Assembly (NCBI GenBank): GCA_028288925.1
Contig: JAQGHG010000005.1
Coordinates: 15,991 to 79,990, forward strand
Direction of reading: 5' to 3'
Length of the DNA: 64,000 nucleotides
Source: Patescibacteria group bacterium
GTDB taxonomy: Bacteria > Patescibacteriota > Saccharimonadia > UBA4664
Below are positions 46,213 through 54,987 of the stretch, piece after piece (within the stretch, counting starts at the first letter, position 1; each line of letters starts with the position of its first letter). The position numbers and the translations under genes were made by a program. Under the pieces are notes generated by a model that had not been told where the DNA came from, made no database searches, and saw only the letters and a program-made list of their open reading frames with translations.

Positions 46213-46268
46213 AATGATTTCTCCTCGTGGTTCGAGCGGCGCTCGTGAGCGCCTCCCACGTTAGTTAA
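46213..46268 (-). promoter_or_regulatory. Structured rplK-rplA intercistronic leader, candidate L1-binding autoregulatory site (copy 2)
   Basis: Gene strand reads CGTGGGAGGCGCTCACGAGCGCCGCTCGAACCACGAGGAGAA: an outer CGTGG/CCACG helix, a GGGAG loop and an inner 7-bp hairpin. Highly similar to the element upstream of rplK. Confidence 0.35.
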
Positions 46269-46703
46269 TTAACCTTCGACTTCGATGCCCATGCTGCGGG
46301 CTTGGCCGGCCACGATCTTGGCGGCGCCTTCGAGGCTGTGGGCGTTCATGTCTTTCATTTTCTTCTCGGCCAGTTCGTTGACCTGAGCCTGGGTGAGGGT
46401 GCCAACTTTGGTCTTGTTGGGTACGCCCGAGCCCTTGGCGACGCCGGCGGCTTTGCGGATCTGGCTGGCCATGGTCTCCGAGGTGTAGGTGAAGGTAAAC
46501 GAGCGGTCTTCGAAGATGCGGACGCGGACGGTCAGCACTTGGTCGCCGAGGTCGCGGGTCTGTTCGTTGAACGCACCGATGAATTCCATCATGTTTACGC
46601 CGTGCGCACCCAGCATGGAACCGACCGGCGGGGCGGGGGTAGCCTTGCCGGCGGGAACGCGGAATTTAATATTGCCTTTAACTTTTTTGGTGGCTTTTGC
46701 CAT
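46269..46703 (-). CDS. rplK: 50S ribosomal protein L11
   Basis: MAKATKKVKGNIKFRVPAGKATPAPPVGSMLG... is canonical L11. Confidence 0.9.
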   Translation of the reverse strand: MAKATKKVKGNIKFRVPAGKATPAPPVGSMLGAHGVNMMEFIGAFNEQTRDLGDQVLTVRVRIFEDRSFTFTYTSETMASQIRKAAGVAKGSGVPNKTKVGTLTQAQVNELAEKKMKDMNAHSLEGAAKIVAGQARSMGIEVEG

Positions 46704-46760
46704 GGGGTTCTCCTTTGTGGTGCAAGCGGCCCGGGTGAGCCTCCCACTGATTATTAATAG
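46704..46760 (-). promoter_or_regulatory. Structured rplK leader, candidate L1-binding autoregulatory site (copy 1)
   Basis: Gene strand reads GTGGGAGGCTCACCCGGGCCGCTTGCACCACAAAGGAGAA directly before the rplK ATG. Confidence 0.35.
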
Positions 46761-46775
46761 CTAAATGATTGAGGC

Positions 46776-47318
46776 CTAAAGCTTCTTGACCTGCAGGCTG
46801 TCGAGCTCGACGGGGGTCTCGCGGCCAAACATGTTGACCAAGACCTTGATCTTGCCCTTGTTCTCGTCGATCTCGTTGACCATGCCGTCGAAGCCTTTGA
46901 AAGGCCCGTCGACGATATTGACCGACTCGCCAATGGTGAAGTCGATCTTAAACTTGGGCTCTTCGACGCCCATGCGCTTCTGGATGTGTTTGACCTCATC
47001 TTGGCTGATGGGCGTAGGCGTGGTGCCCGAGCCGACGAAGCCGGTGACATTGGGGGTGTTGCGGACGACGTACCAAGAATCTTCGGTGACATCCATCTCG
47101 ACCAGCACGTAGCCGGGGAAGATGCGGCGCTCGACGATGCGGCGACGGCCGTTTTTGATTTCGATCTGGTTTTCTTTGGGTACGATGACGTCGAAGATCT
47201 TGTCGGCCATGTGCATCGTCTCGATGCGCTGGCGCAGATTTTCGGCGACGCGGTCTTCGTAGCCCGAATAGGTATGAATCACGTACCAGTTCTTATTCTT
47301 GGTGTCTTTGACAGCCAT
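46776..47318 (-). CDS. nusG: Transcription antiterminator NusG
   Basis: NGN domain (WYVIHTYSGYE) plus KOW (GESVNIVDGPFKGFDGMVNEID). Confidence 0.9.
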   Translation of the reverse strand: MAVKDTKNKNWYVIHTYSGYEDRVAENLRQRIETMHMADKIFDVIVPKENQIEIKNGRRRIVERRIFPGYVLVEMDVTEDSWYVVRNTPNVTGFVGSGTTPTPISQDEVKHIQKRMGVEEPKFKIDFTIGESVNIVDGPFKGFDGMVNEIDENKGKIKVLVNMFGRETPVELDSLQVKKL

Positions 47319-47320
47319 GC

Positions 47321-47563
47321 TTATCCTTTAACGATTATTTTTTGAACGAGGGTGGTAAAAACGAAATCGAGTGAGCCGAGAACGGCCGACATGATGATCG
47401 AAAAGATGATAACCAGAATCGTGAGGCGCATGGTTTGGCGCCGGGTGGGCCAGGCGACTTTAGCGAGCTCGGCCCGCGAGGCGGCAAAGTACTCAATAAG
47501 TGGCTTCACGTGTTTGGTTCTCTCCTTTGATGGCCAAATTAAAAAAGCCCGTGGCTTTGTCAA
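47321..47563 (-). CDS. secE: Preprotein translocase subunit SecE
   Basis: Small single-TM protein immediately upstream of nusG, with the motif VAWPTRRQTMRLTILVIIFSIIM. The true start may be internal (a GTG at VKPLIEYF). Confidence 0.7.
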   Translation of the reverse strand: MTKPRAFLIWPSKERTKHVKPLIEYFAASRAELAKVAWPTRRQTMRLTILVIIFSIIMSAVLGSLDFVFTTLVQKIIVKG

Positions 47564-47597
47564 TAAATATGCCTGAAATGAGGGAAAATGTCAATGG

Positions 47598-49199
47598 CTA
47601 AAAGGCTTTGAGCCACGGCAAGGCCAGGGCGGCGGCAACGAGGAGTGTGGTGAGTGCGACAATCAGGCTCAGTGCGCCGCGGTTGGCGTCGCTGGGCTGG
47701 CGGCTGGAGAGGAGTGAGACGAGTGCGTCTGGTTGGTCTACGGTGATGAGCCGGCGGTAGAGCGCCGTCCACCAGGTGGCCGTGCCGGCGCCGAAGAGCG
47801 CCCCGGCTAGCCAGGCGAGGATGGTGACACCGGCGATGACCGCCCAGTGCCAGTGGGGTGGTGCCGCCAGGACGAAGGCTATGGCCAGTGCGGCGAGCGG
47901 CACCGCTAGGATGAGCTCCAGGGCGGCAGACATAAAGCGTAGGCCCAGGAGCTCGAAGCGGTGGCTGAAGAGACGCCAGCCGAGCTTGGCGGCGGCTACG
48001 GGCGTCTGCTGGGTGAGTACTATGGCGACCGCTGCTAAGCCACGGGAGAGGGCTAAGGCGGTAAGGAGGTATAGCAACACCAGGAAGGCCGTGAAGATGG
48101 CGGCTATTTGGAGCTGGGTGTCGACCGGCCAGCTACCTCCGCCCGCGACCAAGAGGGCGCCCATGCCCGCCAAGAGCACTAGCTCAGCCAGGCCGAAGCC
48201 TAGATCGAGTAGTAGACGGCGGCCGAAGGTATTGACACCGACGCCGAGCTGACGCGTGAACGGGACGGGGCGTTGGTCGGCCTCGCGAGCGACGCCATAG
48301 GTGATGGCGGCTTGGCCGACGCTGCGGCCGATGTAGTACAAGACGGCTAGGAGGGTGGCCTCGATGAGCAGGGGCGGCCCGCCGTGGCTCAGGCGTGTAG
48401 CCATAGTGGAGAGGCCGCCGGTGAGCAGCAGCCAAGCCCCGTAGGCGCCGGCGGCGGCAAAGCTTAGCGCGCCCAGGGAGGCCAAGACGATGAGCCGGGG
48501 GCGCATGCGCGCGCGCATACTAAAGGTCAGTACGGCGCCGAAGTGCAAGGGCGGTACCCCGACTTTGTGAACGGCGTGGTGTGGTTTCTTGAACGGGCGG
48601 ATTTTTTGGACCGTCGGGGCCGGGGCGGAAGGTTGTGGCGCCGGCGTGGCTTTGGCGGCCGCCGGGACGTGCGCGTGGCGCGTGTGTACGCCGCGAGGGG
48701 CAATGTCGCTCATGCGGCGCGGGCCACCGGCGGGAGTGGGCGCGGCGGCAGCCAATTTGGGCGCCGAGGGTAGCGGGGCGGGCGCGGCCGACGCGATGGT
48801 ACGGGGTACGTCCAGGCGGCCGGATTTAGGGCGGCCGGCCTTGCGTTTCTTGGGCTTGGCCTCCCCCGTGGGTTTGGGATCTGATGATTTGGAGACGGCC
48901 TTGAGTGGGTTTATGCGTGAGCGCGGTTTGATGATGCCGGCGACATCCTCCGATACGGGAGGTGTCCCGGGCTCATCCGATTCGAGGGCGGCTAGCACGG
49001 GAGGCCCGGCCGTGGGTTCGTCCGGATTGACCGGCAGGATCTTGACCCCTTCGGGAAGACCGTTTTCTTGCACCGCTACGCCGGCCGTGCTTTTCTTGAC
49101 GGCTGACTCGGGTACCATTTGGCCACAGTTAATGCAGAAATGCTGATCCTGCACGGCTATGACTTGATCTGAATGACAATTTGGGCAAACCATTAGCAT
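47598..49199 (-). CDS. Zinc-ribbon + Pro/Ala-rich linker + polytopic membrane-domain protein (hypothetical)
   Basis: N-terminal CPNCHSDQ...CINCGQ zinc ribbon, a PAPTP/AAAP-rich linker, then at least 6 TM helices. 533 aa. Confidence 0.5.
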   Translation of the reverse strand: MLMVCPNCHSDQVIAVQDQHFCINCGQMVPESAVKKSTAGVAVQENGLPEGVKILPVNPDEPTAGPPVLAALESDEPGTPPVSEDVAGIIKPRSRINPLKAVSKSSDPKPTGEAKPKKRKAGRPKSGRLDVPRTIASAAPAPLPSAPKLAAAAPTPAGGPRRMSDIAPRGVHTRHAHVPAAAKATPAPQPSAPAPTVQKIRPFKKPHHAVHKVGVPPLHFGAVLTFSMRARMRPRLIVLASLGALSFAAAGAYGAWLLLTGGLSTMATRLSHGGPPLLIEATLLAVLYYIGRSVGQAAITYGVAREADQRPVPFTRQLGVGVNTFGRRLLLDLGFGLAELVLLAGMGALLVAGGGSWPVDTQLQIAAIFTAFLVLLYLLTALALSRGLAAVAIVLTQQTPVAAAKLGWRLFSHRFELLGLRFMSAALELILAVPLAALAIAFVLAAPPHWHWAVIAGVTILAWLAGALFGAGTATWWTALYRRLITVDQPDALVSLLSSRQPSDANRGALSLIVALTTLLVAAALALPWLKAF

Positions 49200-49332
49200 T
49201 ATTTAAGCATCCCTGGGCAAACTTCTCAACGTGGCTATGCTTCGGAAGTTATCCCCCGCTATCCCCAGAATTTTTGTACGTTCTACCAACAAAGGGGGTA
49301 TTGGCTTTAGTGATTTGTCTAAAGTACCCATG

Positions 49333-51018
49333 TTATCTCCGGTGTAGGGGCTGCGCGGCGGCGGCTTGGGCCGAGGCGGTTATTTTTTCGGGTTCGGCGG
49401 TGTCGATATAATTTGGCACGGACACTCTAAAGGTGGAGCCGTGATTTAGACGCGACGTGAAGGTAATGTCGGCATTGAGTTTCTCGGCTAGTTTGTGGGT
49501 GATGTAAAGCCCGAGCCCAGTGCCGCCGGTTTGGCGGGTACGGAAGTCTTCGGAGCGGTAGAATTTGGTGAAGATCTTGGATTTATCGCTGGCGGATATG
49601 CCGATGCCGGTATCGGAGACGGCGAATTGAACCCCGCCGGGAATTTTCTCCGCTTCCAGGGTGACGGTTCCGCTGTCCGTGTATTTGATGGCATTGGTGA
49701 GGAAGTTTTGCAGGATTTCGTGAAGTTCGTGCTCGCTGGTGACGAGGTTGCCGAGATCTTCGCTTAGTTTGGTCTCTAGCTTTAGCTGTTTGGCTTCGGC
49801 CTGGGCGCGGTAGTCGCGGGCCAGCTGCTCCAAAAACTGGCGTGTGTCGATGATCTCATGGTTGAGCTTGAGCGCCCCCCGTTCGGCTCGCGAAAGTGTG
49901 GTGAGGTCCTGGATGAGCTCGCCGAGGAAGACGATATTCTCGTGAGTTTGGTTGAGAAGTTTTTTGGCTTTGGGATCGATTTTGGCGAAGCCGGGTAACA
50001 GAGCGGTGGACAGATTGGCCTCGGCTATCGCCAGGGGCGTGCGCAGTTCGTGCGAGGCGACTGATATAAACTCATCGCGCTCTTCGTCGAGGGATTTTTG
50101 CTTAGTGATGTCGCGGAAGACGACCATATACCCGCCCCAATTGTCGGAGCCGTAGCCGAAGACATGCACCGGAGAGACGGTGAGGTCGAGGATCATTTTG
50201 GAGCCGTCGCCGGCTTCGTACTGCAGGTCTTGACGGCTCATGGCGTGGTCGTCGTGAGTGATGAGCTTGAGCAGATTGACGCGTTTGCCCCGGCTGTTTT
50301 GGAGCGGCAAGAGCTCGTTGATGGAGTTGCCGCTGATGTCGCGGTTGGTGTTGAGGAGCTCGAGAGCCGCCGCGTTGTAGAGGTAGACCTTGCCTTCGGC
50401 GTCGACGGCCAGCACGGCGTTGGAGAGGCTGTTGATGAGGCTGAGCAGCCGCTGCCGTTCGTTTTCGATGCGCCGAGTAAAGCGTGATTCTAGTAGATAT
50501 TCTTCGTCGCGGCTGCGTACAGACTGCTCGGCCACCAAGCTAAATACCACTAGCAGGACGAGCTTGATGATGAACTGGAATTCAGGAGTGTTGGGCAGCG
50601 GCGCGAGCCCGACCTTGAGCAGAATGAGGGTAATGAAGACCTGGGCGCTCAGCGAGAAGGCGAACCCGGCGATGCCGAATGAGGCAATAACAGCGATAAT
50701 GAGGAGGAAAAATAATGGGTAGTATGGGCTGGAAAGGCCGCCGGACAAAACCGCCAGCGACAGCACGAACACATGATCTACCGCCAGCGAGTTCATGCGC
50801 GAATTAAAGAACGGCAACTGGGCGACGCGGCGGTTGTAGCGGATGCCATTGTAGATCGCCATGAGGATAATCATGGTCATAACGACCAGTCCGTTGGACG
50901 AGGCGTCAAAGGGGAAGGTGATCAGGACGAGTACGAGACAAATCCAGCGAATCGTCCGTGAAGATGATTCGAAGTATTCGTCCCGGTCAAAGACTGGCGG
51001 AGTAAGGTGGGCCTTCAT
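49333..51018 (-). CDS. Sensor histidine kinase (multi-TM sensor, PAS, HisKA, HATPase_c)
   Basis: H-box FISVASHELRTPLAIAE and G-box GGTGLGLYITHKLAEKL. Confidence 0.8.
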   Translation of the reverse strand: MKAHLTPPVFDRDEYFESSSRTIRWICLVLVLITFPFDASSNGLVVMTMIILMAIYNGIRYNRRVAQLPFFNSRMNSLAVDHVFVLSLAVLSGGLSSPYYPLFFLLIIAVIASFGIAGFAFSLSAQVFITLILLKVGLAPLPNTPEFQFIIKLVLLVVFSLVAEQSVRSRDEEYLLESRFTRRIENERQRLLSLINSLSNAVLAVDAEGKVYLYNAAALELLNTNRDISGNSINELLPLQNSRGKRVNLLKLITHDDHAMSRQDLQYEAGDGSKMILDLTVSPVHVFGYGSDNWGGYMVVFRDITKQKSLDEERDEFISVASHELRTPLAIAEANLSTALLPGFAKIDPKAKKLLNQTHENIVFLGELIQDLTTLSRAERGALKLNHEIIDTRQFLEQLARDYRAQAEAKQLKLETKLSEDLGNLVTSEHELHEILQNFLTNAIKYTDSGTVTLEAEKIPGGVQFAVSDTGIGISASDKSKIFTKFYRSEDFRTRQTGGTGLGLYITHKLAEKLNADITFTSRLNHGSTFRVSVPNYIDTAEPEKITASAQAAAAQPLHRR

Positions 51019-51056
51019 ATCTATGTATTAGCATAACCGTAATGCGGGGGCTTTGA

Positions 51057-51494
51057 CTAGGGGCGTTTTAGGAAGCGGCCGCGGTAACGGTAGGCCAGCC
51101 AGCCGAGAATAGCGATAAGGCCGAAGCCAAGCGAAAACCATAGCCACCCCCAGAGGTTGCCGGATTCGCCATCGGTCTGGTGGGGCGCGCCGTCGGCCTC
51201 GCCGGCTAGCACGCGCAGAGCGTCGCTGGTGGTGGGCGCTTGCAGGGCGCTGGCGTTGGGGGCGGTTAAGCCGGTGGCATCGCTGGTGGTCGATTGCAGA
51301 GGCGATAGGCCGGCTGGTTGCAGCGAGGCGGCGTCGGCACTAGACCCGCCGGCTTGTGTGGTAGACTGCGGCCCCAGGCCGGAGGCGGGGTTGGGCGTTG
51401 GCGCCGGCGAAGCTAGGGTGTCGTCGGCCAAGATTGTGGCTGGAGCAAGGGTAAATGCTGCTATGAGGAGAGGGATGATGAAGCGTTTTGACAT
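51057..51494 (-). CDS. Small secreted low-complexity protein with C-terminal TM anchor
   Basis: Start re-assigned to ATG 51494 (MSKRFIIPLLIAAFTLAPATILA signal peptide). An S/T/A/P-rich region is followed by WGWLWFSLGFGLIAILGWLAYRYRGRFLKRP. Confidence 0.4.
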   Translation of the reverse strand: MSKRFIIPLLIAAFTLAPATILADDTLASPAPTPNPASGLGPQSTTQAGGSSADAASLQPAGLSPLQSTTSDATGLTAPNASALQAPTTSDALRVLAGEADGAPHQTDGESGNLWGWLWFSLGFGLIAILGWLAYRYRGRFLKRP

Positions 51495-51563
51495 GTGGTC
51501 ATTGTAACCGTTCCCCCATCCGGCTTCAAACCAGGTTAGGTAAAACGCCTGTGCTTTGGCATA

Positions 51564-52607
51564 ATGGGACGTATGATAACTCCTCCCCGCCGGTCGCGAT
51601 GGTATTTGGTGTGGTATCCGATCATCGCGGTAGCTGTGATCGATGTGGTGTACCAGCTGCTCATCTCGTGGCGTCAAGCAGACCTTATCCTTCACGCCCG
51701 GCCGGGGTCGTTGTTGCTCGCGATGCTCAATCAAGTGGCGGTTTATGTAGTGCTAGTGCCGGCCATGCAGCAATTCTTCGAGACGGCGAATATCCGGCTA
51801 TCGGGCTGGCGGGTTTTTAGCCTGATCGGAACGGGACTAGCCTTGGCCAAAATCGTGCCAGCTGGTGAGTATGTGGTGTGGCGTACGCAGCTGCGGCGGT
51901 TCCGTGGAGGCGTGGGGGCCGCGACTCAGTGGCAAGTCATGTACTACGTCTGGATGTTTGGCTGCTTGATAGGATTGTTCTTTGTAGGGGAGGTTCTGAC
52001 GCTCCTGATCCGGCCCCACGCTCACTCCGCTACGGTTATTGGAAATTTGCGCTTTATTCCCATAGGCGCTAGCTTGGTATTTTTGCTCCTGCTACTGCTG
52101 TCGCGTTTTTCTCGGGCGCGGTCGGCTTTGGTGAAGTTCGCGGCTGATAAGCTGGGGAGCCGGACGCTCTCCCCGCTTGGAATTATTCGGGACCGGCGTC
52201 TGAACCGGGGATTTTTGGCTACACTGACGTTCGCTTCGGTCTCGGTGTGGCTGATCGAAGCGTTTACGATGTTTTTGTGCTTGCGATCGGTGGGCGTACA
52301 CGTGCCTCTGACGCTGGCGCTGTTTGGTTTTACCTTTGCCCGGATCTTTACCTTCTTGCCGCTGACGCCGGGTGGAATTGGCGAAATCGAGGCTGGGATG
52401 AGCTTGTTTTTCGCGGCGTATGGCTTCCATGTGCTGCCGGTGCTGACGGGTACAGTGCTATACCGGCTGATTACATACTGGGTGCCGTTATTTTTGGGCG
52501 TGGGGACATACGCTGGCTTGCGGTGGGGATCTTCGTCCGGAAGCGGTACGGCCGGTACACCGCTATTCGCCGCGCAGTTGCACAGACGAGGGGGCGTTCG
52601 GGCTTAG
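51564..52607 (+). CDS. UPF0104 / lysylphosphatidylglycerol-synthase-TM-region-like (flippase-like) membrane protein
   Basis: Polytopic protein with the family motif PLTPGGIGEIE. Confidence 0.6.
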   Translation: MGRMITPPRRSRWYLVWYPIIAVAVIDVVYQLLISWRQADLILHARPGSLLLAMLNQVAVYVVLVPAMQQFFETANIRLSGWRVFSLIGTGLALAKIVPAGEYVVWRTQLRRFRGGVGAATQWQVMYYVWMFGCLIGLFFVGEVLTLLIRPHAHSATVIGNLRFIPIGASLVFLLLLLLSRFSRARSALVKFAADKLGSRTLSPLGIIRDRRLNRGFLATLTFASVSVWLIEAFTMFLCLRSVGVHVPLTLALFGFTFARIFTFLPLTPGGIGEIEAGMSLFFAAYGFHVLPVLTGTVLYRLITYWVPLFLGVGTYAGLRWGSSSGSGTAGTPLFAAQLHRRGGVRA

Positions 52608-54445
52608 CCGGCGCGGTGGCGCTTGCGTTCGTTGTTGGTGAGGTAGCGCTTGCGCATGCGGAGATTTTGAGGGGTCACTTCGAGCAGTTCGTCGTTTTCG
52701 ATGAAGTCGAGAGCTTCTTCCAGGGTGAGCTGGGTGAAGGGCGTGAGCTGGGTGGTCATGTCGGTGGAAGAGGCGCGTACGTTGGTAAGCTTCTTTTCCT
52801 TGGCGACGTTGATTTCCATGTCTTCGCCGCGGCGGTTGATACCGATGATCATGCCTTCGTAGACCTTGGTACCAGGCCCGATAAAGGCGTTGCCGCGCTC
52901 TTCGACGGTACCGAGGCTGTAGGTGGTGGAGGAGCCGGCTTCGCTGGCGATGAGCACACCGTTGCGGAGCTGCTGGAGAGCCGCGCCGAGGGGCTCGTAG
53001 CCTTTGAGGAGGCTGTTGACGATAGCGGTGCCTTTGGTGCCCGTGAGTAGAACGTTGCGCAGGCCCAAGAGGGTGCGGGTGGGCAGCGTGTAGATGAGCT
53101 GGGTAGTGTTCTTGGTGGTGGGCTCCATGGTGATCATGTTGGCCTTGCGGCGGCCGAGCTCGGAGGTGACGGCGCCGACGTATTCTTCGGGGACTTCAAC
53201 GGTGAGCTCTTCGATGGGCTCCATGACCTTGCCGTTTTCTTCCTTGGTGACGACCTGGGGCCGGCCGACTTCCATTTCGAAGCCTTCGCGGCGCAGCGTC
53301 TCGATGAGGACGGAGAGGTGGAGCTCGCCGCGTCCGGATACCAGGAAGTCGGTGCCGCGGTCGATGACGCGCAGGCCGACATTGGTCTCAAGCTCGCGCT
53401 CGAGGCGGGCGCCGATCTGACGGCTGGTGGTGAACTTACCTTCTTTGCCGGCAAACGGGCTGGTGTTGGGTCCGATCTGGATCTGAAGCGTGGGAGCTTC
53501 GATTTCCATGACGGGCAGCGCCTCGGGGGTCTCGGGGTCGGTCAGGCTACCGCCGATGTTGGCGGCGCCGATGCCGGTGATCCAGACGATATCGCCGGCG
53601 ACGGCTTCGGTAACTTCGATGCGCTCGAGGCCTTGGGCTACGAAAAGCTTGTCGGCCTTGGCGCCCGACACGGTGCCGTCGCGGTGGATGTAGGCGAGCG
53701 CCTGGCCGGCCTTAATGCTGCCGCGCTGAATGCGGCCGATGGCGTATTTGCCCTGGTACGAGTCCCAGGAGAGCGACGTGACGAGCATCTGGTAGGGGCC
53801 GTTGAGGTCGACGCGCGGAGCTGGAATATGGTTGATGATGGCGTCAAAGATAGGGTTTAGATCGCCGGTGGCTTCGACTTCGGCTTCGGTGGGCTCGTGG
53901 TCCCAAGCTTTGCCGTCGCGGCCGATGGCGTAGTACACGGGGAATTCGAGCTGGTCGTCGGAGACGGCGAGGTCTAAGAACAAGTGCTCGATCTCTTCGA
54001 CGACTTCCTTGGCGCGTTGGTCGCGTTTGTCGATTTTGTTGACCACTACGACGGGCTTGAGGCCGAGGGCCAGGGCGCGGGTGAGCACGAACTTGGTCTG
54101 GGGCATGGGGCCTTCTTGGGCGTCGACGATGAGCAGGCAGCCGTCGGCCATGTTGAGGGTGCGCTCGACCTCACCGGAGAAGTCGGCGTGACCCGGAGTG
54201 TCGATGATGTTGATTTTGAATCCGTTGTGATTGACCGCGATGGTCTTGGCCGAGATAGTAATCCCCCGCTCGCGCTCCAGGTCGCCGGTGTCGAGGATGG
54301 CGGTCTGCTGCATTTCGGCTTGGTTGTCGCGGAAGGTCTTGGACTGCTTGAGCAGGCCGTCTACGAGCGTGGTCTTGCCGTGGTCGACGTGCGCGATAAT
54401 GGCGACGTTGCGGATCTGATCGGTTTTGATGATGGTGGGATTCAT
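52604..54445 (-). CDS. typA: Translational GTPase TypA/BipA
   Basis: IRNVAIIAHVDHGKTTLVDGLL followed by EF-G-like domains. 613 aa. Confidence 0.9.
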   Translation of the reverse strand: MNPTIIKTDQIRNVAIIAHVDHGKTTLVDGLLKQSKTFRDNQAEMQQTAILDTGDLERERGITISAKTIAVNHNGFKINIIDTPGHADFSGEVERTLNMADGCLLIVDAQEGPMPQTKFVLTRALALGLKPVVVVNKIDKRDQRAKEVVEEIEHLFLDLAVSDDQLEFPVYYAIGRDGKAWDHEPTEAEVEATGDLNPIFDAIINHIPAPRVDLNGPYQMLVTSLSWDSYQGKYAIGRIQRGSIKAGQALAYIHRDGTVSGAKADKLFVAQGLERIEVTEAVAGDIVWITGIGAANIGGSLTDPETPEALPVMEIEAPTLQIQIGPNTSPFAGKEGKFTTSRQIGARLERELETNVGLRVIDRGTDFLVSGRGELHLSVLIETLRREGFEMEVGRPQVVTKEENGKVMEPIEELTVEVPEEYVGAVTSELGRRKANMITMEPTTKNTTQLIYTLPTRTLLGLRNVLLTGTKGTAIVNSLLKGYEPLGAALQQLRNGVLIASEAGSSTTYSLGTVEERGNAFIGPGTKVYEGMIIGINRRGEDMEINVAKEKKLTNVRASSTDMTTQLTPFTQLTLEEALDFIENDELLEVTPQNLRMRKRYLTNNERKRHRAG

Positions 54446-54769
54446 ATGGTATGGCTCACAATTTAAAACGCCCGAGCAGTAATGATCACGCTCGCGCGGG
54501 TATGTATTGCTGATATTTTAACATATCTCATTTGGTTTGTCAGGTGTTATTATACTACCATATTCAGTGCTATAGGTCAATAGTGTTCCCGTGAATTGGG
54601 GCGGACAGAAGGCAAACTCGCGTTCGGTTACTATTACGAACTTCGGAAACCTAAGGACGGGAGGGTTATATTTAGGCTCATCTGGTGAGTTCCATTCATA
54701 GTGATGTCCGAACTTCGTACATCGCGCGAGATACTTGAACCCAGTCCTCATTCATGGTAAAAAATGATT

Positions 54770-54965
54770 ACAGGCAATGACGCGGCCGACACCGCACGAG
54801 CTGGGAAAAGAACACCACATTGGTCATTAGAACTCCCCGGGTATGCCCGTAATAGCTGACATGAAGGCTGCGCTGGCGCAGCAAAGCAAGGTGGCACCAC
54901 GGAATTATTTCGTCCTTGCGGGCTTTTCGCTGATTTTCGGCTGGAAAGCGCGCAAGGATTTTTTG
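54770..54965 (+). promoter_or_regulatory. T-box riboswitch leader controlling aspS
   Basis: T-box sequence AAGGTGGCACCACGG (54888-54902; compare the consensus AGGGUGGNACCGCG). It is preceded by a small stem gctgcgc-tgg-cgcagc and followed by an intrinsic terminator ccttgcgggc...gcgcgcaagg + TTTTTT (54914-54964). A candidate -35 TTGAAC lies at 54734. Confidence 0.6.
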
Positions 54966-54987
54966 ATTGAGAAGGAGAACGTTTTTA

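Noticed and set aside
47564-47597. Expected tRNA-Trp upstream of secE
   Set aside because: Too short, and no cloverleaf or T-loop sequence is present. No tRNA-like sequence was found in any intergenic gap I inspected.
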